Program-made: the position numbers and the translations under genes | Source of the DNA: Macrostomum lignano | Taxonomy: Eukaryota | Assembly: GCA_002269645.1 (NCBI GenBank) | Contig: NIVC01001597.1 | Location: 186,001-250,000 of the forward strand | DNA length: 64,000 nucleotides | Direction: 5' to 3' | The notes under the pieces: model-generated | Told to the model about the DNA's origin: nothing | The model's database searches: none | Seen by the model: the letters and a program-made list of their open reading frames with translations, nothing else | Shown: in pieces, positions 22,673-34,037 of the stretch | Layout: the number at the start of each line of letters is the position of its first letter | How positions within the stretch are numbered: position 1 is the stretch's first letter

Positions 22673-24461
22673 TTAAATAATTGCGTCTTCGTCATCGTCC
22701 GGACACCAGGCGAGGCTGGACTCGTAGAATGCGATGACTAGCTCAGGGCAGCGAATGTTCGCCTCGGAGGCCGGGACCAGCTCTGCCTCGGATGACTGGC
22801 TGTTGTCGGTGTCGCGCCAGCGCACCAGCAGGTGCAATTTGCCGTCCAGCTTTGCGGCGCCGACCACCTTTGCGGGGCGGTTGATCAATTTAAATAAAAA
22901 TACGTCTTTTACGACAGATACTACTTATAAGTTAATTTTCAAGGATACAATTAGGGAATCTACTAGCAATCCAGCCCGTTCGGGGAGTGCAAAAAGGAAA
23001 ATGAAAATATTGCTAGCTAATATATTAATGAATAGACCCATGCTTCCAGTAAGCCTTGGCATCTCAGCGATTCCCCCAGCTGTACGCCTTGACAATAACA
23101 TCTTAGCAATGCTCCCAGTAAGCCTTGACATCTCAACAATCCCACAAGCCTTGACACATTGGAAATTCCCCATAAGCCTTGACATCCCAGCAATTCCCCA
23201 TAAGCCTTGACATCCCTGCAATTCCCCATAAGCCTTGACATCCCTGCAATTCCCCATAAGCCTTGACATCTTAGGAATTCCCCTAGCTATAAGCCTTGAC
23301 ATCTTAGCAATTCCCCCTTAAGCCTTGACATCTCAGCAATTCCCTCTTAAACTTAGAACAACGTCGTTGAGGCATTTCTGTTCAAGTGATTATGCACTTT
23401 AATAACACCCGACTTTAATTCAAACAATCAGTTCCGGATTCAAACAATTCAAGTTGAAGACAAAGATATTCATAAATTTTACAATTTAATAAGCTAGGTA
23501 TAGCTATTTATAACTCATAGCATCAGCTCAAGAATTGAAGTTTAGTCTATGGCCATAGACGTATTGAGCTCTCACTGCAAGAAAAATACACAAATTAGAT
23601 AGGGAAGAATACAGTTTTTCGAATATTTAATCCCTTTAGCATTGAGCAATTTCTTAGCCACGACCCATGTACCGTCACGGAAAAATTTCTGATCGAATGG
23701 TGCAAGTTTGGTGGAAATCGGTTGAGCCGTTTTTTCTATTATCTATCGCACAGACAGACAGACAGACAGACAGACAGAGACAGCTTAGATTTAGTATAGG
23801 TGGATTATAAATTCGATAGATACTACGAGTACTTACTTTTTTTTGATCGATGCGTACTATTATTGAAAAAAGGAACATACTACTAACCCAAAAATTGTTT
23901 TGAAGGACCAACTAAAGCCACAATCCCGATGCCAAACTGAAAACCCAGGATGCCATGACACCCGTATACTACAAAAACCCTTTGTTCAAAAAAAATTTCA
24001 CTACACTACTGACTGCATCAGCAGTAGTAGTAAGCAGAGAATTTTCAAGCCACCTTTTCCGGCTCCAAGCCGCGTTCGAAACCCTCTGGCCCGCTGGGCA
24101 GCGGCTCCTCATTAAACAGAGCTCCAACAGATGGAGCAGCTTCAGAGGCCACGGATTCTGTTGCCGAGGGAGACTGCGGCTGCAGCTGTTGCTGCTTTGG
24201 CCGCCTGCCGCTTCGTTGATTTCTCTTTTTAGCTGCGGATTCTTTGAGAAATTCTTCAATCAGTTCGGTGCAATCGCAGTTCTCCTCGGGCTCCCAGGTG
24301 TCTTCCTCTGGGCCGTAGCCTTTCCAACGGATCTTGAATTGGCGCTTGCCGTGGCGCCTGCGCATGGCTAGGATCTTCTCAACCATGAACTCCTGCCCGG
24401 AGTCCGAGCCTTCCGAGTTCATGCTCGGCTGTTCGCCCGCTGCCTCCTCTGCTGCCGACAT
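22673..24461 (-). CDS. HP1: Heterochromatin protein 1 / chromobox (chromodomain + chromo shadow domain), 2 exons, 200 aa
   Basis: Exon 1 24054-24461 (EFMVEKIL...FKIRWKGYGPEEDTWEPEENCDC.ELIEEF ... GFERGLEPEK|gtggct). Exon 2 22673-22867 (cgcaaag|VVGAAKLDGKLHLLVRW...LVPASEANIRCPELVIAFYESSLAW). A phase-0 join restores the canonical GLEPEKIIGA-type CSD start. Confidence 0.93.
22963..23345 (-). mobile_element. Helitron-like remnant with ~27-bp subrepeats (CCCATAAGCCTTGACATC...), inside the HP1 intron
   Basis: Reverse-complement homology to 42340-43162, including the hairpin/CTAG end. Confidence 0.6.
23600..23800. repeat. Dispersed repeat ending in (ACAG)n; inverted homolog at ~37375-37515
   Basis: gagcaatttcttagccacga...gtaccgtcacggaaaaatttctgatcgaa vs ttcgatcagaaattttcccgtgacggtac...cgtggctaagaaattgctc. 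Confidence 0.75.
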
Positions 24462-24594
24462 TGCTTAGGGTGGCTGATGGGGGGTTGACTACAGTCTGTA
24501 GATCATGGCTTACATAGTTTTTATAGATTATTACATGTAAGTTTATCTAGAACTAATCCATAAGATTATAAAATGTGCATCTATATACATGTAA

Positions 24595-24990
24595 ATGTGT
24601 CTATAGACTATGGTGTGTACCTGTAGACTATGGTGTGTATCTTTAGACTATGGTGTGTATCTATAGACTGTGTGTATCTGTAGACTATTGTGTGTATCTA
24701 TAGACTGTGTGTATCTACAGACTGTGTGTATCTACAGACTGTGTGTATCTATAGACTGTGTATCTACAGACTGTGTGCATCTATAGACTGTATCTATAGA
24801 CTACCGTGTATATCTATACAGTAGACTATGGTGTGTGTCTATAGACTCGTGTGTATCTATATACATATCATGCGTATCTATAGACTATCGTTCACATCTA
24901 TAGACGAGCATACGTAATAGATCATATGTAATTTACTTTCGTGTGTACCTATAGACTATCCTGTACATCTATAGACTATCGTGATGATCT
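24595..24990. repeat. Degenerate TCTATAGACTGTGTGTA-type minisatellite upstream of HP1
   Basis: Variable 14-20-bp units around the core tctatagact. Confidence 0.8.
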
Positions 24991-25999
24991 TTAGACTGTT
25001 ATTAATGAGCATCTATAAAAAGATTCTGATTTCTCTTTAAGCCTATAGCCTAGGATAAAACTTAATTTATAAGACTGAAGGTCAAAAAATGCTTATTTAA
25101 TTCTATTATTTGTATTTGCATACAATATGGTCATCTAATATTGGAATATATATTGAGTAAAATATTATGACTCATACCATAAGTCGGGTACTGTACAATG
25201 CAATAATAATGCTTAAATTATATTAAAAAACACATCTAGTTGCGACGTATTGCTCACAAAATTGACTGGCAACTAAAAAGAACCAATGAAAAGATGAGTT
25301 TCTTAAAGAATAAAAAAACATTTAACAAAAAAGCGACGCAGCAAAAAGCTGAGAGTGACTAGAGCAAATACAAAGCATACTACTGATGCCAGTAGCAAAA
25401 GCAAGATTAGAAAGCTGACTGCTTTGATGAAAAAAACATGAAAATTTGTTTACAAAAACACTATTCAACAAATAAAACCTGTCATCTTTAATTGGAATTG
25501 AATATTATTTCTCGGGGCGTTGAACCAAGAAATACAGACCTAGTGAGCACCAAAAATATGAAAAATGAAAACTTCAAAAAACAAAATGGGCTTATTTAAT
25601 GTACAGACACACGAAATTGGATTTGATTTTTTTATTTCGATTTAAATTGAAACCCACTAATAAAATACTAGGAATAAATTACTATATACACGTTAAATAT
25701 AAAATATCAAATCATAGTCATAGACAGTAACAACACGAAAAATATTTAATAAAAAGACTTCTAAATAAAATCAAATCCGGAATTTACTATTTAACAAAAA
25801 ATCTAGTAAGTAGTAGGTACAGATTTATGGTTAGAACGATTTTATATAACTTGGCTCAATAATTACAAAAATACCTGCATTGCATTACATTACGCATCAG
25901 AACAAAAAATGAGTAGTTTGTTTGTTTAGCTTAATGATTATGAAGTTACTAAACATAGTACTCGGCTGACTACTAGTTCTTTTTAATGTTTAAAATCTT

Positions 26000-26310
26000 A
26001 AATTTACTTAAAGGGACTCTAAGACGTAAAGTCCTAGAGTACAAGTTACAAATCACAGTACAAGTCGCCAAAAAGTCCTCAAAGAGTCAATTTGAGACGT
26101 TTTACTGTCTACGACTCTGGGCCGTAGGGCAGTATCTGAGGCGTGCCAGGGTCGCTGCAGAATCACTAAGTTTCATCTAACGTACATCTACGTCACTTTA
26201 TGAATTAGAACCGCATTTTGCATTAAAAAACTCTATTTAGTCTACTTGAGATAGTAGAAAGTTAAGCGTCAACACAACGACTCTTGGACGACTGTTTTAC
26301 GATTCTGCAA
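26000..26310. mobile_element. Dispersed GAGTC/GACTC-rich repeat, copy 3 (partial)
   Basis: Homologous to 3890-4210. Confidence 0.65.
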
Positions 26311-26339
26311 CTTACGATTCTCCGTCGCCAAGGATTGTA

Positions 26340-26535
26340 TATCTAAGGACTGGGGGGTCGCCACACGCACTCTCAATTGCCCAAGCTAATGCTGGCACCC
26401 ATTTTACAACTGGGTGAACTGAAGCAGTGCAGAATTGAGTGTCTTGCTCAAGAACACAAATTGTTCCTAGTGGGTCGAGAATCGAACCCCCGACCTTTCA
26501 GTCGTCAGTCCGTTGTCAGTAGTTAGTTAGCGCGT
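26340..26535 (-). mobile_element. tRNA-derived SINE (5' part), same family as 55189-55527
   Basis: Reverse complement contains GGTTCGATTCTCGACCC (B box), GTGTTCTTGAGCAAGACACT and GTTCACCCAGTTGTAAAATGGGT. Confidence 0.8.
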
Positions 26536-26628
26536 CTGTTTCGGAATAATTCTGAGAAATTTCATTATGAAACTATTGTAATTATCAAAAAATATTAGCA
26601 TTTTTTCTGCTTTACATACTACTTGCAC

Positions 26629-28829
26629 TCAGATAAGTGTATAGTAGTCTGTGTAGCCCACTGCTCCAGTTGGTGTCCGCCCAACTCGCCGATGTTCCCG
26701 CTGTCTGCGAATGACCCGACGCCGCTTATTGAGCTGCTTGGCCAGCTTACGAGACAGACAGGCGCCAAGTAGCTGCACAAACAGCCAAGCAGCGGACGCG
26801 CCTACCACCAGCCAAGCGTTGCTAAGCAACCAGCCACCAGTTGCGGTCAAGCAGCCATCGGTAAAGATTTTAGCGCTAGCATTGACACCGAGGCTCCGGC
26901 CGCAGTTGAGATTGTTAGCCAGAGATTGAGCACGGCAACAGGAGGCTGGAATGCTGCATCGTGTTGGCAAGGTATTGGCCGCATCGCAGCTGTAGACTGT
27001 GTCCATCACATACCAGTCCCGGTATGCAGCTGGCCCGGCCACACCGCAGCAGCCGACTTTTGCTTGCGCCACTTCTAGCAGCCAAACGCTTGCGTTGTTG
27101 AAAATCTTCTCCCGAACCATCGTAGAGTTGGTGGCGTTAATTACTGCCTGATGCCATGGCAACAGTTTAGAGCAGAATGAATCCGACAAGCGGCAACCGA
27201 GTAACAGGCTAGTAGCGACCAGCTGGCACAGGGCCAGGAATATCACTGAGATAGCGAACTGGTTGGGGAGTGGCACGTGTTTGTCTAATTTGAAGATCAC
27301 ATAATTGGACATCAGAATTCCTATTTAGAACTAAGTTTTTTATTGGGATTGGATTCCAAATTTGAAATCTGGATTTTCCTTTTTAGGCCTGGATTCCCAA
27401 TTTATAATTGGGATTTCCAACCTAAAGGTCGGATTCCTCATTTAGAATCATATTCTCCAAATTAGGATTGGGATTCCCTTTTTAGGACTAAATTCCTCAC
27501 ACTAGGATTGGGATTCCCCTTTTCAGGACTGGATTGCCCTCATTAGAAATGGGATTCCCCTTTTCAGGACTGGATTGCCCTCATTAGAATTGGGATTCCC
27601 CTTTTCAGGACTGGATTGCCCTTATTAGGATTGGGATTCCCCTTTTCAGGACTGGATTGCCCTCATTAGAATTGGGATTCCCCTTTTCAGGACTGGATTG
27701 CCCTCATTAGAATTGGGATTCCCCTTTTCAGGACTGGATTTCCCTCATTAAAATTGGGATTCCCCTTTTCAGGACTAGATTCCCTACATTAGGATTGGGA
27801 TTCCCCTTTTCAGGACTGGATTGCCCTCTTTAGGATTGAGGATTCCCCTTTTCAGGACTGGATTCCCTACATTAGGATTGGGATTCCCCTTTTCAGGACT
27901 GGATTGCCCTCATTAGGATTGGGATTCCCCTTTTCAGGACTGGATTTCCCTCATTAGAATTGGGATTCCCCTTTTCAGGACTAGATTCCCTACATTAGGA
28001 TTGGGATTCCCCTTTTCAGGACTAGATTCCCTACATTAGGATTGGGATTCCCCTTTTCAGGACTGGATTGCCCTCTTTAGGATTGAGGATTCCCCTTTTC
28101 AGGACTGGATTGCCCTCATTAGAATTGGGATTCCAGGACTGGATTGCCCTCATTAGGATTGGGATTCCCCTTTTCAGGACTAGATTCCCTACATTAGGAT
28201 TGAGGATTCCCCTTTTCAGGACTGGATTGCCCTCATTAGGATTGAGGATTCCCTTTTTCAGGACTGGATTGCCCTCATTAGAATTGGGATTCCCCTTTTT
28301 TAGGACTGGATTGCCCTCATTAGGATGGGGATTCCCCTTTTCAGGACTGGATTGCCCTCATTAGGATGGGGATTCCCCTTTTCAGGACTGGATTGCCCTC
28401 ATTAGAATTGGGATTCCCCTTTTCAGGACTGGATTGCCCTCATTAGAATTGGGATTCCCCTTTTCAGGACTGGATTTCACTCATTAGAATTGGGATTCCA
28501 GGACTGGATTGCCCTTATTGAGGTTGGGATTTCCTATGTTAAAACGGGATTCTCCACAAAAGGATTAAAATCTGGAACATCTGGATTGGCTTACTAAACA
28601 TAATTTTGATTTACCACGAGAAAGTTGCTTATATACTTACAAATCTCAAACAGCAGGGCAGGTCTCGTAGCGACCCAGCGCAAGCAAATGTAGACAGGAA
28701 TAAGACAATGGAGCAGAATGCCAGCAGCAAACAGAATGGATCAGTGAGGGCGGCACTGACTGATTGATAGTTGGCAGAGTTGCTAATTAGTTGCCAAACA
28801 GCCAGGCAGCAAGCCACGCCTGATGCTAT
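26629..28829 (-). CDS. Tetraspanin, TspanC8-like (8 cysteines in the large extracellular loop); 5' exon not located
   Basis: Exon 28641-28829 ([14 protein letters not shown]...[20 protein letters not shown]|gtaagt). Exon 26629-27258 (aaccag|[13 protein letters not shown]...[11 protein letters not shown]...SC...RCSIPASCC...NCG...IFTDGC...TM4). CCG, PxSCC and GC motifs present. Confidence 0.88.
27465..28520. repeat. Minisatellite, 41-bp unit GGATTGGGATTCCCCTTTTCAGGACTGGATTGCCCTCATTA, ~25 copies, in tetraspanin intron
   Basis: 41-bp period (e.g. cattag at 27541 and 27582). Confidence 0.95.
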
Positions 28830-31449
28830 CTAGACAGATGAGTAAGATTTTTGGGAATTCTTTATTATAAACCTGATAGTCATGCAGGCAAATAAGTCCT
28901 TGTACCTGCATACATAAAATATAAAAACTGAACTAGACAGACTTACTAACTTTTTTATTTTGATACATTTTAAAATAGTTAGCAACTTAAATTTACAATC
29001 AAGCAACATACCCAAACAGCAAAACTTGTAGATAAGACATAGCACTTAGCGCATTTGCTCACTCTTGGTGTGTCAGATAGATCTTGCATTGACCAAGAAT
29101 TTGGCATGGCATTGATTGGAAACTGATAAGCCATATTGGCTTCATCAATGAATTTCATTAAATTATTTAAATCAGTTTTCATAGCAGCTTTAGACAAAAA
29201 AGTCTCTAATGTAAAGTTTTCTAATATATATACTCATAGTTCCTTGAATTAAAATGTTCTATCAAGTATATATTTAACTGACACTTGATACATAGACATT
29301 TCAATATAACATTAAATAACTAACAGACTTTATAATTATTGGATTCAACTTTGTAGTAGAGCTTATGGTTAAATATTAGGAAACAAATACGCCCCCCTAT
29401 TATTTTAACTAACAAAAATGGTTTTTAGTAACTGGTAGCATTGCAATTTAATTTTAAGAATAGTAATGATATAATGAGAATCAAATATGCAAGTCCCATT
29501 TATAGTATTGTGTAAACATTGATGCCACAATAGTTACCTTGGTATACAATTGTAGGTTTTTATAACTTTTTAAATGATCAATATTGAATGCATTGTGAAT
29601 AAATATTTTCATATGAGATGGATAAGGTATTAGAGTCCTCATAAATATTTGATATTCAAAATTTAAGTAGGTCTACTTAACCCTATGTTCAAATCTAGTG
29701 TTGATTCAAATTGGTTTCTTGTTTAGAGTTGCCAAATGCCCCCTTACCCACATACACTGAGTGTTAATTCTCCTATAGGCTTGGTATCAACCTTAGTATG
29801 AGCTACTAGTCTTAGATTGCATTCTCTGGACATGTGCAACTAATTGGTATTGCTAGACTTCTGCTATCTATAACATATTATTAAGGTTAGTAACAATATT
29901 ATCATTAGCATTGGATTAATGCTTAACATGCATACTAATATGGCAATAGTCTATATAAAATAAAGATCATATTAACTTTGTCACATTTTATAGAGGTCCC
30001 ACCTTAAACCAAACTTAAATCATTAGCAACTCAGCCAAATTTCTGCCTTCATTTTATCATTATGAAGTGAGCACTAGTTTACTGTTAGGTGCCCCATTTT
30101 GGTCAGCAGTCTTCTGTGCCCTTTGAGCTGTTGATTGCTACTGGTCACAGCTCTCCTTTCTCTTGTTCTCCCTGTCTCCTTCTCCCTTTCTCCTCTTCCT
30201 TTTTTCCCTTTTTGGCTACCTGCATTCCCTCCCTTGCTCTTCTTTTTTCAGTGCATTCTTGTTTTCAATGTCTAAGCTTCACTGCTTAGCCTGCTCTTGG
30301 TTTATTGGCTGTCTGGCTACCTCTCTTCCTTTTTTTTCCATGTGACTGCATTTGTTTAGTCCAAAGTACAGCGCATTCAGGCTGTACTTTTAGTCCTGCT
30401 TATACAGTAGTAGAATCATGTGCCCTGGTACTGTCCTTTTCTAGCGCAACCTTGTACAATCATGAATCCCAATCCCAATCCCACCCAAAGATTTCAATCC
30501 CATCCGACCTCTACCCTACATGTGCAACTAACTTGATTTACACTGGCCATATAATGCAACTTACCTGTGAATTCCTGAACCCTAAAGCAAAATTAATGCA
30601 ATTTTAGGTAAATGGCAGGAGTAACTATGACAGGTGCCAGTCAATTCATCTGCTGCAAGTTTGTCTGCTGCGCAGACAAATTGGTAATCTAATTTGTCTG
30701 CTGTGTGGACGAATTGGCAAACAAATTTGTCTGCTAGGCCTATCAAATTGGATTAGAGGAAGAGAAGTAGGGAAAGAGTGTTGGCAAGGCAACCTACTTT
30801 TATTTTCTTTTACCTCATTTTTTTTAGTGCACTTTTTTGCCATTTAAAGGACTGTTCCATCAAAGCATAGGCCTAGTATTCCTTTTGGCTTAAACCAGTA
30901 GCCTAGGCCTACCACTACCACAAAGATGGTGCTGTGGTGCTGGCATAGCTTACAAGAATCACACTATAAGGTATATTGCCAATAACTCACTTCTTTCTGG
31001 CATTCAATGCATATGTCAGTCATATTTCAGTAGCATAGACACACTAATGCACTTGTTATTGTTATAATTATTAAAATGAATGCTTTTAACATATAGAATA
31101 TTTAAATCACTCAGATCATCTCATTGAAATGATGGCTTTATTAAAATTGTAAGCAAAGCATTTAGCTAGGATAGATGCTATGTAATGAAGGAGTGGTAGG
31201 AGCAGGCCTAATTTCATTGGTTGCCACAGCAGATGAGTAGTCAAAAGGTTTCAAACTAGTTTTTCTGCTAAGCAGACAAATTGGTGATGGACAAATAAAC
31301 GGGAAACCATTATGACTATCTTATTAAGGCTAAATGCTTTATCATCTAATTAGTTGTACATCTGTATTCCTTGGGATAGGCATTTTTGTAACTGACCCCT
31401 GGCAGCTGGCTGGTCTACCACAATTTATAGTGGCTAGATCAGAGAGGGG

Positions 31450-31740
31450 GTTTCACAAACTCAAAATTTCACAATGTCAAAAGCACCTTCTTTCACAAGA
31501 TCAAAATTTCACAAGGTCAAAATTTCATAACATCAAAAACTCAAATAGCAACCACTTTCACAAGGTCAAAACTTCACAAGGTCAAAATTTCATAACATCA
31601 AAAACTTTAGCAAGAGATTTCATAAGGTCAAAATTTCACAAGGTTGAAATTTCACAACATCAAAAACTCAAATAGCAACCACTTTCACAAGGTTGAAATT
31701 TCACAATATTAAAAACTTTAGCAAGACTTCACAAGATTGA
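31450..31740. repeat. Degenerate tandem repeat TTCACAAGGTCAAAATTTCATAACATCAAAAAC
   Basis: Several imperfect tandem copies. Confidence 0.75.
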
Positions 31741-32536
31741 TAAGTTTTATAAATAAAAATTTTGTTACAACTTTAGCAATTTTAAAGTTAGTGAACTTTA
31801 TAAGTTAGGAAGCTTTGTAGAATATTTGATTTGCTTTATTATTAAAGTGTGCTCTGACACTTGTATGTAAAACTTGCAAAGTATTTTTTATTGACTTATT
31901 AGCTTGAAATTGGCTAGGTTATTATTTGAATCATTCAAATGTAGGTCTTATCTAAGTATTAAAGTTTAGCAATCATAAGTGGTATCATTAAGATGGTAGG
32001 CACTGCTATAGGGTGGTTTATAGACAGTGGGGAGGGAAGGGTCGCTGATTCTGCTACTTGCACCTGCCAATACCAGTGAGTTATTGACACAAGATTGAAA
32101 TAAAAGCTAGTTGATAATAATGCATGATTTTCTTGGCCACCAAGTCTAACTATCCATTGCTCTACTGATTGTTGGCAATGTAGCTTATACTGGTCTTATG
32201 ATCTTTATTGTCTTGATATTACTTATCCATGTTTTTGCTTGTTGAAGATTGAAATACTTGTTACTTGTCATCTTGGGTTTCTCAAGGTGGCCTAGTGGTG
32301 GTCTTCAAGGTGGTCTTCAAAGCCTACCGCTACTATTAATAAAGTATTGCTTCTTGCTTGGGCTGACTCAATAGATCTCTAGACCTTCTAGAGAGATCTA
32401 TTTTTAGAAATTGGTACTCATACTATTGGTAGTTGCTGCTACTAGCTAGCTTGGATCTTGACCTTTGATGAAGGAGATTTTGGGCTAAGCAAAATAAATG
32501 AGATGTAGGAACTTAGCACTCTGTGCATGCTTGGGT

Positions 32537-32688
32537 GCAACCTAGGGATTCACCTAGCCGTTTCTATTGGCAACACACACATGTAAGTCGCTATTGGACA
32601 GAATAGTAGTCACGTGACTGTTCTCAGCCAATAGTGACTTACATGTGTGTGTTGCCAATAGAAACGGCCGAGTGATTCCCAAGGTTGC
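32537..32688. repeat. ~150-bp near-perfect palindrome centred on AGTCACGTGACT
   Basis: ccgtttctattggcaacacacacatgtaagtc vs gacttacatgtgtgtgttgccaatagaaacgg. Confidence 0.9.
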
Positions 32689-32780
32689 GCATGTATGACT
32701 CTGTGCAGATTTGATAGCTTGCAATAGTGCATACTTTATCAGCAGGTCTTACCAAGCTAAAGTGCAAAGATTGGGATCTG

Positions 32781-34037
32781 GGGCCCATGCTATAGAATAC
32801 TCTTAACTCCTAAATCCTTAAGAGTGTCCTAACTCCTAGCTCCTAGCTGGCTTTTCTGTGCTATAGAATCAAGAGTAAATTTTAACAGCTAGGAGGCTCC
32901 TTGAAGACGTTAGAAGACTCTTTGGCAAATTTAGGAGAACTCATTAAGGCCCGTGGCATACTATAGAATTAGGAGAGGAAGTCTAGGAGCTAGGAGTTGG
33001 CTTTTAGGAATGATTCTAGGAGCGTGTGTCTTATAGAATAAGAAAATTCAACTCCTAACTCTGACTCCTAAGCAAGAGTTCAAGGGCAAATTTTCACTCT
33101 TAGACAAGCTAGGATTATAATGTTTTTGGATAGCAAATTGGATTCTGATAAAGAAGGAGTCAGTGATAGATGCCATTGACAATTTTTCCTTTGCTCTTCA
33201 TATTTCCCCATACTTTGTCACTGTCGCAAAATTTCAGCTTGCGCTAACCGCTAATAGAATTCACTTTTCTCCCTTTTCATTTTCTTCCATTCCTTGTGTG
33301 CCTAGTCCATCTTCTATCTACCACACTCTATGTACTGTACATTCTTATCTTGTTTTCCGATTATCGATCAGTGAGTTTTCAGTCAGCCCCCCCCCTTGGT
33401 CTCATTAGAGCATTTTAACCCTCGCCCTTCTTACGCATTTTCTTCTTATCTATTCTCTACCCCCCTCTCTCAACCACGCAAATAAATATACTGCTGGAGG
33501 AGCCTTTTCATCTTAACTTTGGTTTTCAAGTTGTTATTGTCAACGTATTCACTGGCCAGCTTTATTTCTTCAGTTATTTTTCTATAGTCATAGACATATT
33601 GCCAGTCCTTTCCTTGTGGAATTGGGTCAAAGCCAAACTTTTCATGGCATTCTAATATCATGTCTTGCCACATAGCAATCTTCGCATTCTTAGTTATGGT
33701 TGTACTAAATGTACCAAAGAGAACCTCTTTGCGTGCAGCAATGGCTCTCACAAAAGATATTTTTTGAGCAATTTGCATTTTCACTCCTGAGATTCAATCT
33801 TTAAGGACCTTAAAGTTAGGATTGTGATATAGCACACAATTCTCTATCATCCTTAAACGATTGCGCAACACTCCTTGAACACACCCCCACTCCTAGGCTG
33901 CACTCCTTGCAAGAACTCCCAGCTCCTAACTCTTAACTCCTGAAATCTATAGCACACAAAATTCAATCACTCCTTGTCAATAGTACTCTTGAGTCCTAGC
34001 TCCTAACTCCTAACTCCTGATTCTATAGCATGGGCCC
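32781..34037 (-). mobile_element. PIF/Harbinger-type non-autonomous DNA transposon, 1257 bp, with Myb/SANT-like ORF remnant (33470-33784)
   Basis: Perfect 18-bp TIR GGGCCCATGCTATAGAAT / ATTCTATAGCATGGGCCC and a 3-bp TSD CTG (32778-80, 34038-40). Internal ORF KISFVRAIAARKEVLFGTFSTTITKNAKIAMWQDMILEC resembles Myb/SANT-like DNA-binding domains. Confidence 0.8.
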
